Assembly: GCA_049322215.1 (NCBI GenBank)
Contig: JBMORU010000001.1
Span: 129,697-193,696 of the forward strand
Reading direction: 5' to 3'
Source: Patescibacteria group bacterium
GTDB lineage: Bacteria > Patescibacteriota > WWE3 > UBA101185 > UBA10185
Length of the DNA: 64,000 bases
Positions 46,631 to 56,605 of this stretch are shown one piece after another. Each line of letters starts with the position of its first letter. Position 1 is the first letter of the stretch. The position numbers and the translations under genes were made by a program. The notes below the pieces were generated by a model. It did no database searches. It saw only the letters and a program-made list of their open reading frames with translations, and was not told the origin of the DNA.

Positions 46631-49600
46631 TTAATTACCAGTATTTAAACCCTCTAAAAAGCCAAACGTTTCACTTAAATTAGATATGACTAGATTTAAA
46701 GCATTATCAGAAGCTTTAGGCGTTATACTTACAGTATCAATTGATTTTGCTTCATTATTGGCTTTATCTTTTGAGATTGCACGCAAGTGATAAACTTTAG
46801 ATGTATTTAAGCCTGTTAAAATTACCACGTGGTTGTAAGTTAAACTAGAATCTTCCTGACTTTTTTGAGAATATGTTGTACCAGTACCCTCACCAAACTC
46901 TACTTGAGAAGTAGCCGGCTCATCTGTATCCCAACTTACAACTAATTGAGCAGAAGCTTCATTATTATTCGCTTTTGTAATAGAACCTTCAACTTTAAGG
47001 TTAGTAATAGATGGCGGTCGTGTATCTGTTGCGGTCGTTACGCGCTGTGGATCACTAACTGCCTCATTGCCTGCTTTATCTCTACCTTTTACTATCATTA
47101 TGTAGGTTGTTTCTGGTAGCAAGCCTCTAATAATCAGCCTATGCGCGCCTGTAACTAATTGAACATTAACTTCGTCTCTCACATCTGCAGGGTTATTCTC
47201 AGGGTAATAAGTAATTATTGAAGAAACTTCTGTGTTAGTTACCCAAGATACTAAAGTAGCCGGTTGTGCTGAATTTCTAACCTGCTGTACTTTAACTCCA
47301 GATATTCTTGGGCGAGGTAATGTTTCAAAAGACAAAATATTACCTTCGTATTCTGCATCTTCTGTATCAAAAGTATTAATTTTATAAAAATATTTAATCC
47401 CGTCTTCTAACTCTTCTAAAGCGGTGTTGTAGGTAGTTTCTGCTGTGGATGTTGAAAGTTCTAAAGACCCCCCAAAGGCAGATGTTTTCCCATAGTAAAT
47501 TTTTACTTTAGAAGCACCTTTTACAGTGTATTGTAAAACAACGTTATTTATTCCAATTGTTTTTGCACTTGGATCTTTTACTGAGGGTGCGGGCTCTGTT
47601 TCAAAAGTAAATTCATCGCTTACTCCCGTATTACCGTCTTCATCGGTCCATTTTGCCAAAGCATAATACTTGGTACCCGGGCTTAAATTAGTTAAATTAA
47701 TTTCATGTGCAGTAACTTGAGTTGAATTTGAAGGCTCCTCATCAAAATAGTCACCAGAGCTTTTACCATACTGAACTTTAGAATCACTAGTTCTGTCAGT
47801 TGACCAGGATATAATAGCTTGTTTTGTAGTAATACCTGTAACCTCAGGATCGGTTTCTAAACCAGCAGCTTCTGTGAATTTACCTGTAGGTAAAAGTACA
47901 ACTGCAGTACTAAAGGCACCACAATTTGAAACACTGTCACAAGCACGAACCTTATAATAATAATTTTGCTGTAGCAAATTAGTATCTATATATGCTAAAC
48001 CTGTGGTGGTAGCAAGCAAACTATAAGAACTACCATCAGTAGAGCTGTGTATTTGATATGTAGATACCCCTGAACCAACATCTGAAGGAGCTGTCCAAGA
48101 AAGTGCTAAACGCCAAGACTCGGTACTTTTTATGGATACATCAGAAATATCCAAATTAAGTGGTATACCCGGAGCAGAAGTATTAGCCGTAAAAGATATA
48201 CTTGCATAAGCACCGTAGTTAATACTCCCACCAACATCCGAACTATTTTTGGCAGCAATATAAAAAGTATTAATTCCTACCTGCGTCGCAAATGAGCTGG
48301 CAGAAAGCGATGTAGCACCAGCACTAGTATAAGTACATGTTGCAGACGAGGGTAAAGTATTAACTGTGTAGCAATAGGTTAAGCCACTAGATTCTCCCGA
48401 GTAAGTTTCAGGAATCTGCCAGGAAAAAGAAAACGAATTTACAGTATTGGTAGTTGGAGTAACAGATAAAAATCTTGGAGCCGTGGGTCCTTCGCCTGCA
48501 AAGTAGTAAGTTGCTTGCAAACTTGTGGCAGAAACATTTCCCGCAGTATCTACAGTACGTAAGTAAAATGTATTTGCGTCTGTTTGGTAAGCGGCTTCAG
48601 CAATTTCTACAGAAGTATCGGTGGTTGTACTCGACCAATCACTCAAAGCACCCGAAGAAGCGCCTGTTTTATATTGATAACCCGCAATCCCAGATCCCGT
48701 ATCGCTTGCAATACCATCCCCAACAGATGGCCAAGAAAATGTAAAAGAATTAGTTGAAGCATAGCCCGAGGGTGTAACGGTTATAGTGCTAGGGTTTGAT
48801 GGGTTTGTGTTGTCATACTTATATATAAATGGGGCATAAACGGTGCTTACGTTTTGAGCATTGTCTTTAGTTTGAATTCTTAAATAATATGTTTGTCCAC
48901 TTGTTAAACTTGCTGCAGAATAGCTTGTACCTGTTTGAAATACACCTGCAGTAGAAGGAACGGCAGCACTATCTGTACCAAAGTAAACAAAGTATCCGGC
49001 AATGCCTGCTCCACCAGAGTCAGAAGCCCCCGCCCATGAAAAATAGGGTGTCGCATAGCTATACCAGTTATTAGTGCTAATTGAAATTCCTCCGGAAGTA
49101 CTCAACGAAGTTAAACTACTTGGAGGGTTTGGGTCTGTTGTGTCTGAATTTGCCTCTACTGTTACCGAACTTAAAGTTACTTCCTGCGTTCCATCACCAT
49201 CTAGTACTGCTTGCCACTTAATACCACTACTTGTGACAGGAAAAGAAGGTATATTTGTATTAACTACGGAAGCCGCGTTTGCTTGTGCTGTTGACGCTGA
49301 TGTTTCCCAAGAGTCACCATCCCAATACTTCCAAGTAGAACCATTATCGCTAGATAACCTATATGTAATTGTTCCACCATTGGCTGTTTCAGAAACAACA
49401 AAACCCGCATAGCTTCCAATATCTTCAGTAAAGGCGGCTGCTGCATTTTGCACTGTTTGAGCAGCGCTAGCGTAAGCGGAGGTATTAAAAGAGCTGCGTG
49501 CAGTATCGCTTATACGAACTTCATCTATCAACCCTTGAAAGTATCCTTGAGCACGACCTTGTTCTCTACCTGCATAAGTAGCACCTATTAGCAAATCATG

Positions 49601-52540
49601 ACTACCATCGGGCATAGAAACAGAAGCAGATGTAGAATTATCTAAAACACCATCTATGTAAAGTTTCATTGTGGAGCCATCGTAGGTTGCAGCCACATGA
49701 TGCCAAGAAGTATTTTGACTTGCGGTTGTAGATTGCAGATATGCGTTGCTCCCATAAGACCAAACAGCAGCATCTACGTTTGCTGACAATCCAGTACCTG
49801 CAAATAAACTACCCCTATACACACTAAAGCTAGAAACTTCCTCTGTAACATTGGTCCAACCGTCATTTAAACTATCACCGCCTATTTGTTCCCAACTAGA
49901 ACCATTCCAACGCCAAACTTCACCATCGCCACCACCGCTTCCAATGCCGGCATATAAATCCCCGTTGTAAACTACTAAAGTACGTACGCGTTCATAAGTT
50001 CCGGTAGTCCAACTTGAATTTACTTCATCACCCCCAACTTGAGTCCAACTTGTTCCATTGTAGCTCCATACCTCGGCATCTCCGGTTCCGGTACCTAAAC
50101 CCGCATATAAAACACCGTTATAAACAATCATGCTGTCTACATGTTCAAAACTGGTAGAATCCCAACTACTGTTTACTGTGTCTCCCCCTACCTTTGTCCA
50201 AGTACTACCTCCCCAGCGCCATACTTCAGCTTCACCTGCACCTGATCCTAAGCCGGCATATAGCTGCCCATTAAACACTGTCATAGAAGCTACCCTATTG
50301 TAGCCAGTAGTCCAACCACTGTTTGTACTATCACCACCTATTTTAGTCCATGAAATACCGTCCCAAGACCAAACTTCAGCATCACTATTACTATTTCCCA
50401 AACCTGCATATAGTAAATCACCATAAGTGGCCATTGAAGTAACTTCTTCAAAATTTGTAGTCCAACCACTGTTTGTACTATCACCACCTATTTTAGTCCA
50501 CGAAGTACCGTTCCACTGCCAAACTTCAGCATCATTAGCAGAAATACCCAAACCAACAGTAAGAGTACCCTTATAACTCACCATGCTAAGCACTGACTCA
50601 TATGTATCGGCAGCCCAGCCGCTATTTAAACCCTGGCCTCCAATAAGATCCCAAGTAGAACCATCATATTCCCATACAAGCGCGTTTCCCGAATTAGTTT
50701 GACCTAAACCAGCGTATAAATTAGCTCCCGAAACCTGCATTGTTTCAACATTACGCAACCCTCTAAAACCCCAACTATCGTTTACATAATCACCACCTAA
50801 TTGAGTCCAAGTATCGGTGCCGTTAAAACTCCATACTTGTGCAGATCTAGCAGCATTACCAGAACTTAAACCTGTGTAAACTGTAGAACCATTAACTGCC
50901 AGTGCTTGAACAATAGTGTGCGTAGTACCGGTATAACCCGAATTTACTCCATCACCGCCTACTTTTGTCCAAGAGGAGCCACCCCAACGCCAAAGCTCGT
51001 TATCACCCCCGGACGCCCCCAATCCAGCATATAAATAAGTCCCATCATTTAACAATGAATAGACGCCCTCATAATTTGTAGTCCAACCACTATTTAAACT
51101 ATCACCACCAATTTGTGTCCAGGATGTTCCGTTCCAACTCCATACTTCGGCATCATTTGCGGAAGTACCAACACCCGCATACAAAGTACCCCCAAAGTAT
51201 TCCATGCTTAAAACATATTCAAACGTAGAGTTTGCCCAGCTACTATTAACGGCATCTCCACCTATACGGCTCCAAGTTCCACCAGATATACTGTACCTCC
51301 ATACTTCTGCATCACCCGCAGTTAAACCAAGTCCAGCGTATATATAAGTGCCATCAGTTTCCAAAGAAGATACCTGCTCAAAATTAGTAGTCCAACCGCT
51401 ATTTACACTATCACCACCAATTTTTGTCCATGTGCTGCCATTCCAACTCCATACTTCTGCATCATTTGCCGAAGTTCCTAAGCCTGCATATAAAATGCCA
51501 TTTTCGTAAAGTAAGCTGTAAACACCTTCAAAAGTGTTTACTTGCCAACTGCTATTAACAGCGTCTCCACCTATTTTAGTCCAGGTACCAGCACTAACAT
51601 TGTATCTCCAAACCTCGCCATCTCCAGCGGTAGTTCCTAAACCCACATAAACATTAGTACCATCGTTTGCCATAGACCATACACTTTCAAAAGTTGCAGC
51701 AGCCCAACTGCTGTTAACAGCATCGCCACCTACTTGTTCCCAAGTATTACCATCCCAACTCCACACATCAGCATCTCCATTACCGCTACCTAAACCCACA
51801 TACAAAATAGAGTTAAGATACGTCATAGAACTCAAGAGTACTTTTCCGTCCAAGTCCCAACTACCATCTATGTCATTACCAGCTCTTCTTGTCCATGATG
51901 TTTCGGTACTATCAGCAACTTCATAAGTTAACTTGCCTGTTTCGTTATCATAGTAAAGCTGGTAAACCCCCTTATCAACAACACCCTGACGCTGTACATG
52001 ACTTCCACTTGAAAAAGCAGCATCAAACTTTGTCCATGCCTCAAGAGTATTAGCTTGTTCTAAAGACAAAGACACTGAATCAGAAACACTAACTTTAGAA
52101 GAAGTGCCATTTAAATCCAAAGCGTTATTTAAATTTCCTGACGCCCACGTAGGATCGGTTGCAGTACCCGTATTTGAGTTGCTTGAAGAGTCTGCAACAG
52201 TAGTTCCTGATGCTTCGTCTAAATGGTACAAAGCCACAGTATTAGCGTCGGAAGCATAATTTTGAACTTTTAGTTTTGCCGAATTAGAAGCAACTTCTAC
52301 ATAATTGCTGTCTGATAACGTGTAATCACCTGAATTGGAAAAATCCCAATCGTATGAAACATCCCCAGCTGCAAGTACATTTTTTACAGTTAAAAACACT
52401 ACAAATAGAGACACTACTGTTAAACCTATAAATACACGGTTATTATCTTTAACAACAATTGTAGTTACACTATTTCTGTTTTTTTTTAAGAAGCGGTTAG
52501 ATAAAACTGATAAAGGCTTTTTTAGCCATACTTTAGTCAT
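46631..52540 (-). CDS. Giant surface protein: LamG domain split by 14 beta-propeller-like repeats, followed by FN3-like repeats
   Basis: 1969 aa; WHHVAATYDG, GLIDEVRIS; repeats LYAGLG..DAEVW.W.G..W..IGGD; W.TD..S.S.V.YG FN3 units. Confidence 0.85.
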   Translation of the reverse strand: MTKVWLKKPLSVLSNRFLKKNRNSVTTIVVKDNNRVFIGLTVVSLFVVFLTVKNVLAAGDVSYDWDFSNSGDYTLSDSNYVEVASNSAKLKVQNYASDANTVALYHLDEASGTTVADSSSNSNTGTATDPTWASGNLNNALDLNGTSSKVSVSDSVSLSLEQANTLEAWTKFDAAFSSGSHVQRQGVVDKGVYQLYYDNETGKLTYEVADSTETSWTRRAGNDIDGSWDLDGKVLLSSMTYLNSILYVGLGSGNGDADVWSWDGNTWEQVGGDAVNSSWAAATFESVWSMANDGTNVYVGLGTTAGDGEVWRYNVSAGTWTKIGGDAVNSSWQVNTFEGVYSLLYENGILYAGLGTSANDAEVWSWNGSTWTKIGGDSVNSGWTTNFEQVSSLETDGTYIYAGLGLTAGDAEVWRYSISGGTWSRIGGDAVNSSWANSTFEYVLSMEYFGGTLYAGVGTSANDAEVWSWNGTSWTQIGGDSLNSGWTTNYEGVYSLLNDGTYLYAGLGASGGDNELWRWGGSSWTKVGGDGVNSGYTGTTHTIVQALAVNGSTVYTGLSSGNAARSAQVWSFNGTDTWTQLGGDYVNDSWGFRGLRNVETMQVSGANLYAGLGQTNSGNALVWEYDGSTWDLIGGQGLNSGWAADTYESVLSMVSYKGTLTVGLGISANDAEVWQWNGTSWTKIGGDSTNSGWTTNFEEVTSMATYGDLLYAGLGNSNSDAEVWSWDGISWTKIGGDSTNSGWTTGYNRVASMTVFNGQLYAGLGSGAGEAEVWRWGGSTWTKVGGDTVNSSWDSTSFEHVDSMIVYNGVLYAGLGTGTGDAEVWSYNGTSWTQVGGDEVNSSWTTGTYERVRTLVVYNGDLYAGIGSGGGDGEVWRWNGSSWEQIGGDSLNDGWTNVTEEVSSFSVYRGSLFAGTGLSANVDAAVWSYGSNAYLQSTTASQNTSWHHVAATYDGSTMKLYIDGVLDNSTSASVSMPDGSHDLLIGATYAGREQGRAQGYFQGLIDEVRISDTARSSFNTSAYASAAQTVQNAAAAFTEDIGSYAGFVVSETANGGTITYRLSSDNGSTWKYWDGDSWETSASTAQANAASVVNTNIPSFPVTSSGIKWQAVLDGDGTQEVTLSSVTVEANSDTTDPNPPSSLTSLSTSGGISISTNNWYSYATPYFSWAGASDSGGAGIAGYFVYFGTDSAAVPSTAGVFQTGTSYSAASLTSGQTYYLRIQTKDNAQNVSTVYAPFIYKYDNTNPSNPSTITVTPSGYASTNSFTFSWPSVGDGIASDTGSGIAGYQYKTGASSGALSDWSSTTTDTSVEIAEAAYQTDANTFYLRTVDTAGNVSATSLQATYYFAGEGPTAPRFLSVTPTTNTVNSFSFSWQIPETYSGESSGLTYCYTVNTLPSSATCTYTSAGATSLSASSFATQVGINTFYIAAKNSSDVGGSINYGAYASISFTANTSAPGIPLNLDISDVSIKSTESWRLALSWTAPSDVGSGVSTYQIHSSTDGSSYSLLATTTGLAYIDTNLLQQNYYYKVRACDSVSNCGAFSTAVVLLPTGKFTEAAGLETDPEVTGITTKQAIISWSTDRTSDSKVQYGKSSGDYFDEEPSNSTQVTAHEINLTNLSPGTKYYALAKWTDEDGNTGVSDEFTFETEPAPSVKDPSAKTIGINNVVLQYTVKGASKVKIYYGKTSAFGGSLELSTSTAETTYNTALEELEDGIKYFYKINTFDTEDAEYEGNILSFETLPRPRISGVKVQQVRNSAQPATLVSWVTNTEVSSIITYYPENNPADVRDEVNVQLVTGAHRLIIRGLLPETTYIMIVKGRDKAGNEAVSDPQRVTTATDTRPPSITNLKVEGSITKANNNEASAQLVVSWDTDEPATSQVEFGEGTGTTYSQKSQEDSSLTYNHVVILTGLNTSKVYHLRAISKDKANNEAKSIDTVSITPKASDNALNLVISNLSETFGFLEGLNTGN
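49760..51900 (-). repeat. ~150-bp coding tandem repeat, 14 units
   Basis: 44-bp identical copies at 50307-50350 and 50457-50500; outer boundaries approximate. Confidence 0.85.
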
Positions 52541-52547
52541 TTATATT

Positions 52548-53489
52548 TCAAAAATTAAGATAATTATATGCCTCACTAGAAAGTTTTTCCATGAAATTTA
52601 ACGCAGAAGCACGCCCTGTATCTGTTGTGTCAGCAACAAATACAGTAATCAAATATGGCTTATTTGGAACATACACAATACCACTATCTAAATATAAACC
52701 TTCTTGATTTTTTTCACCAAATTTATGAGCAAAAACCACATCGGAAGACAACCCACTATTAAGATATTCGTCATAGGGTGATTTTGATAGCCAAAAAAGC
52801 ATTTGTTGAGATGATTCTCTATTTAAGTAACTAGAAGTGTATAGGGCGCGAAATAGCCTAGAGTACTCCTTAGCTGAAATCTCTCCGGCTTCGTTAAAAA
52901 GTTCTTCTAATCCTAAAGTATCACCAAATTGAGTTACGTCGTTTAGCGATAAATTTTTATATAAAATATTATGCGCAGTGTTATCTGAATTAATTAACGA
53001 TTGTTGAAGTAATTCGTCTAAAGTAAATGTTGCTCCGGGTTTACTTTTATATAAATCACCCCAACCTGAATCTCTATCTTCTTCTGTTAAGTTAAATTCA
53101 GTATCCATCGCAAGTACACCCTCCTCTATTTTTTTCATATACATCATAGCTACTGGAACCTTAGTTAAACTTGCAGGATTAACGCGCATTTCGGGATTTA
53201 AAGAAATGTTAGAGCCTGTATTAAGAAACTCAATATATACAGAAATTGAGGCGTCTGGATAACTGCTTAAAAGGTTTACTGCGTATTCTCTTAAAGGTTT
53301 TAAATTAACAATAAAATACTTTTGCTCTATAAAACTTCGTGAAAAATCTATAAATGGATATGGGTTAGTTAGTGAGGTAGCCTCAAAACTTTTTCTATAG
53401 TGCGAAGATACATACAAAGTAGTAAAGTTGCTCAATAGCAAAACTATAATTATAATTATGTACCCTCTATTTCTTAATTTCATAGGCAT
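52548..53489 (-). CDS. Class A beta-lactamase-like serine hydrolase
   Basis: PASLTK (SxxK), SDN, HKFG; N-terminal TM. Confidence 0.85.
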   Translation of the reverse strand: MPMKLRNRGYIIIIIVLLLSNFTTLYVSSHYRKSFEATSLTNPYPFIDFSRSFIEQKYFIVNLKPLREYAVNLLSSYPDASISVYIEFLNTGSNISLNPEMRVNPASLTKVPVAMMYMKKIEEGVLAMDTEFNLTEEDRDSGWGDLYKSKPGATFTLDELLQQSLINSDNTAHNILYKNLSLNDVTQFGDTLGLEELFNEAGEISAKEYSRLFRALYTSSYLNRESSQQMLFWLSKSPYDEYLNSGLSSDVVFAHKFGEKNQEGLYLDSGIVYVPNKPYLITVFVADTTDTGRASALNFMEKLSSEAYNYLNF

Positions 53490-53571
53490 ACTGAATAATA
53501 GAGTATTCTGGGGCGGGTGGGAATAGACATGTTCTTACAAGTGGCAATGATGTATTATTTTAGTTGAAGAT

Positions 53572-54390
53572 ATGAATGAAGTTACTACAAGTCCTACAAC
53601 TCCTATAATTTCTATTGAAGATGTACATAAAAGCTTTCAAGTTGGAATACAAGATATTCAAATACTCAAAGGAGTAGATGTAAAAATAAATTACGGAGAC
53701 TTTGCGGTCATTATTGGACCATCAGGCTGCGGAAAATCTACACTTCTGCACATTTTGTTAGGACTGGAGCCTCCTACTAAAGGCATAGTTAAATTTTTGG
53801 GATCAGACTTATATGCCGGTACTAATGAAGATACTCGCTCAGACTTTAGAAAAAAGCACATAGGAATGGTATATCAACAAGCCAACTGGATCAAATCTTT
53901 AACTGTGATTGAAAACGTATCGTTTCCGTTATTACTACTAGGAATAGGAAAACCTAAAGCTATGGCTAAAGCTTATGAAATGTTAAAAAAAGTTAACATG
54001 CAAGATTGGGGAGATTACATACCTACAGAGCTATCTGGAGGACAACAACAAAGGGTGGCTTTAGCAAGAGCATTAATTAATAACCCCGAAATTATAATTG
54101 CAGATGAACCTACAGGAAACCTGGACTACGAAGCCGGTCAAAATATAATGACGCTTTTGACAAACTTAAATAATGAATTTGGAAAAACCGTAATTATGGT
54201 AACGCATGACTTAGAATACATTTCTTATGCAAAAACTACAGTTAGACTTTTAGACGGAAAAGTATTAGGCATTTACAATGAAGGTCAAAAAGATAAATTA
54301 ATGGAAGAACTAAAATTTAAACGACTGGGTGATATGAAAGCAAAATTACAAGAAAGTGAAAACATAACACCTGCACCAGCAACTAACTAA
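53572..54390 (+). CDS. ABC transporter ATP-binding protein (LolD/MacB-like)
   Basis: GPSGCGKS, LSGGQQQR, ADEPTGNLD, VTHD. Confidence 0.95.
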   Translation: MNEVTTSPTTPIISIEDVHKSFQVGIQDIQILKGVDVKINYGDFAVIIGPSGCGKSTLLHILLGLEPPTKGIVKFLGSDLYAGTNEDTRSDFRKKHIGMVYQQANWIKSLTVIENVSFPLLLLGIGKPKAMAKAYEMLKKVNMQDWGDYIPTELSGGQQQRVALARALINNPEIIIADEPTGNLDYEAGQNIMTLLTNLNNEFGKTVIMVTHDLEYISYAKTTVRLLDGKVLGIYNEGQKDKLMEELKFKRLGDMKAKLQESENITPAPATN

Positions 54391-54409
54391 ATTAGCTAAT
54401 ATCATTTAA

Positions 54410-54462
54410 CCCCATAGCAAACTAATGGTGCAGCTTTCCAACTAAAAAATTTGTGATACAAT
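54410..54462 (+). promoter_or_regulatory. Cassette promoter variant: CCCCATAG 17 bp upstream of TTTCCA-16-TACAAT
   Basis: Box 54410-54417; AAGGAGGTG SD downstream. Confidence 0.6.
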
Positions 54463-54503
54463 TTAAATCCACAAAACCTATAAGAAAAAGGAGGTGACCA
54501 CAA

Positions 54504-54743
54504 ATGAGAGACGTAGCTATTACAAGTAGGTTTCCATGGATTGACGATTTGCTGGTACTTCTACAAATCAAGTATGGCAGACCTGAACCTGGGTTTCGAC
54601 TGTTTTACTCAGATGCAGAAGTAGCTGAGCATACGGGACTCGTAGCAAAAGTAGCACATGCGCGTGGGCTGGTAAAACCCGCTAAAGATGGCTTTGGTTG
54701 GGTTCCAACGCAAAAAGGCAAACACATGTTTTTGCGCTACTAA
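54504..54743 (+). CDS. Orphan cassette protein, possible winged-helix
   Basis: RGLV....GWVPTQKG; strong SD. Confidence 0.75.
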   Translation: MRDVAITSRFPWIDDLLVLLQIKYGRPEPGFRLFYSDAEVAEHTGLVAKVAHARGLVKPAKDGFGWVPTQKGKHMFLRY

Positions 54744-54785
54744 ACCCATGAAGTGAGGGAGTACCATGAAGTACGTCAAAGTTAA

Positions 54786-54834
54786 AAAGAGGTGATAGTG
54801 TTAAACAAACAAAGCATTTTCACCTCTTTTATTT
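54786..54834. terminator. Bidirectional terminator
   Basis: AAAAGAGGTGA...TCACCTCTTTT. Confidence 0.8.
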
Positions 54835-54844
54835 ATCTAGCAAT

Positions 54845-55579
54845 TTAAGACATAACAGAATTTTCAACAATTTCTATTTCTTTATTCTCCACATTTTTCA
54901 TGCGTTGAAAACCTAAAAGAGAAAACACCAAAACAGAAGAAACCACAATACCTACAAAATTTACTAAAAACATATCAAAAGCACCTTTCATAACAGCTAC
55001 GTCCCCTTGAGAAAGACCTATGCCCACAACACAAAGCGGGGGTAATAAGGCTACCGCAACAGCCACGCCGGGCAATGTAGCTGATAACTTAGGTTTTGCC
55101 CAACAATATGTTGCAGCTAATCCTGATAGCAGTGCTATATGTACATAAAACCAACTTGGTTCAGTTCTTTGTAATATCTCACTACTTTGAAGGGTTTCAA
55201 TACCAGAGTAGGAAGAAACTAAATACGATAAAAACAAAACAATAGTAACCGATCTAATTATTGCCCAACTTGAACGAACTAAAGATTTAAAACTTACCGT
55301 TACAAACCCTAAACCTAATGCCAGTATAGATGTAAGAAGTGGTGTAATTAGCATACCTCCAATCACAATAGACCCATTGTTGCTTAATAAACCAAAGGTA
55401 GTTATAAGCGTAGAAATAATTAATAAAACAAAATAATCAAAATTTGTATTACTATCATCTATTAAACGCGATACTGCCTCTTTTTTTTCGGTAAAGTTCC
55501 TGCGTAAAGATGTATTTATATAAAAACCATGTAGGAACTTAACTTTTTCTTCAGCAAACAGCTTTGACACTATGTTCAT
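54845..55579 (-). CDS. DUF389/TIGR00341 family membrane protein
   Basis: IVIGGMLITPL, LPGVAVAVALLPPL; leaderless TATTAT+6 supports start 55579. Confidence 0.85.
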   Translation of the reverse strand: MNIVSKLFAEEKVKFLHGFYINTSLRRNFTEKKEAVSRLIDDSNTNFDYFVLLIISTLITTFGLLSNNGSIVIGGMLITPLLTSILALGLGFVTVSFKSLVRSSWAIIRSVTIVLFLSYLVSSYSGIETLQSSEILQRTEPSWFYVHIALLSGLAATYCWAKPKLSATLPGVAVAVALLPPLCVVGIGLSQGDVAVMKGAFDMFLVNFVGIVVSSVLVFSLLGFQRMKNVENKEIEIVENSVMS

Positions 55580-55614
55580 ACAATAATAATACCAGAGCAT
55601 GCTAAACTTTACCC

Positions 55615-56502
55615 ATGCGACCTGCAAACCTGAAAACCAAGATATTTTTAGACAGTGGGGATCCACAAGAAACAAAGCAAGCTTTAGATTTATTAGGGTT
55701 TTTAGATGGACAAACAACTAATCCAAGCTTGGTTGCAAATAAACTAAAGAAAAATAACGAAGGTATTAAACTAAGCGCACAAAACCTATTGAGTGAATAT
55801 AAAAAAATAGTTCAGGAAGTATCAGTATTAATACCAAAGGGCTCAGTTTCAATAGAAGTGTATGCAGATAAAAACTCAACAGCACAACAGCTATTTGTAC
55901 AAGGTCAAGAAATGTTTAGCTGGATACCCAATGCACACATTAAATTTCCAACTACAACCGCAGGTTTAGAAGCAGCTCAAAAAGCTATACAAAATAAAAT
56001 GAGAGTCAATATGACTTTAGTATTTACTCAACAACAGGCTGCCGCAGTATTTGCAGCAACAAGAGGGGCCAAATTTGGAGAGGTATTTGTATCCCCTTTT
56101 ATTGGACGTCTCGACGATACCAATGTAAATGGGATGTCTTTAGTTGATAACATTTCAAAAATGTATAAAACCCAATCCGAAAATCATGTGCAAGTTTTAG
56201 CAGCAAGCATAAGAACGCTACCTCACTTTTTATATAACATTTATGCAAAAACAGACATAGTAACAGTACCGTATGAATTACTAAAAAAATGGTCAGACCT
56301 GGGAAAGCCGTTACCGGGGGAAAATATTAACATAGCCGCTTTTGAAGATGAAAAAGTTTATTTAAAGGCTGAAAAGCTAGAGAATATTCCTTTTGAGGAT
56401 CTAAATTTAGAGAATACATGGCAAGAATATAGTATTAATCACCCTTTAACAGATACAGGCTTAGAAAAATTTGCTGCCGACTGGAATAGCTTAATTTTAT
56501 AA
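55615..56502 (+). CDS. tal: Transaldolase
   Basis: IFLDS, GQTTNPSL, IKFP, NMTLVF, SPFIGRLDD, LAASIR, GLEKFAADW. Confidence 0.9.
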   Translation: MRPANLKTKIFLDSGDPQETKQALDLLGFLDGQTTNPSLVANKLKKNNEGIKLSAQNLLSEYKKIVQEVSVLIPKGSVSIEVYADKNSTAQQLFVQGQEMFSWIPNAHIKFPTTTAGLEAAQKAIQNKMRVNMTLVFTQQQAAAVFAATRGAKFGEVFVSPFIGRLDDTNVNGMSLVDNISKMYKTQSENHVQVLAASIRTLPHFLYNIYAKTDIVTVPYELLKKWSDLGKPLPGENINIAAFEDEKVYLKAEKLENIPFEDLNLENTWQEYSINHPLTDTGLEKFAADWNSLIL

Positions 56503-56530
56503 CTTTTAATAAGCAGATGCAGGGCTCAGT

Positions 56531-56575
56531 TTGCAATATACACCCTATAGTATTATAATGTAGTTAGAGTCAAAT
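56531..56575 (+). promoter_or_regulatory. Cassette promoter, box inside spacer: TTGCAA-[CCCTATAG]-TATAAT (copy 1 of 45-bp duplicate)
   Basis: 44/45 identical to 57147-57191. Confidence 0.9.
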
Positions 56576-56605
56576 ATATACCATTGCATACATAAGGAGA
56601 ACAAA

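Noticed and set aside
49760-51900. CRISPR-like periodic repeats
   Set aside because: The ~150-bp period is in frame within a protein and degenerate at synonymous sites; no cas genes are present.
52548-53489. Bona fide antibiotic-resistance beta-lactamase
   Set aside because: It is membrane-anchored, has KFG rather than KTG and no recognisable omega-loop ExxLN; only a family-level call is supported.
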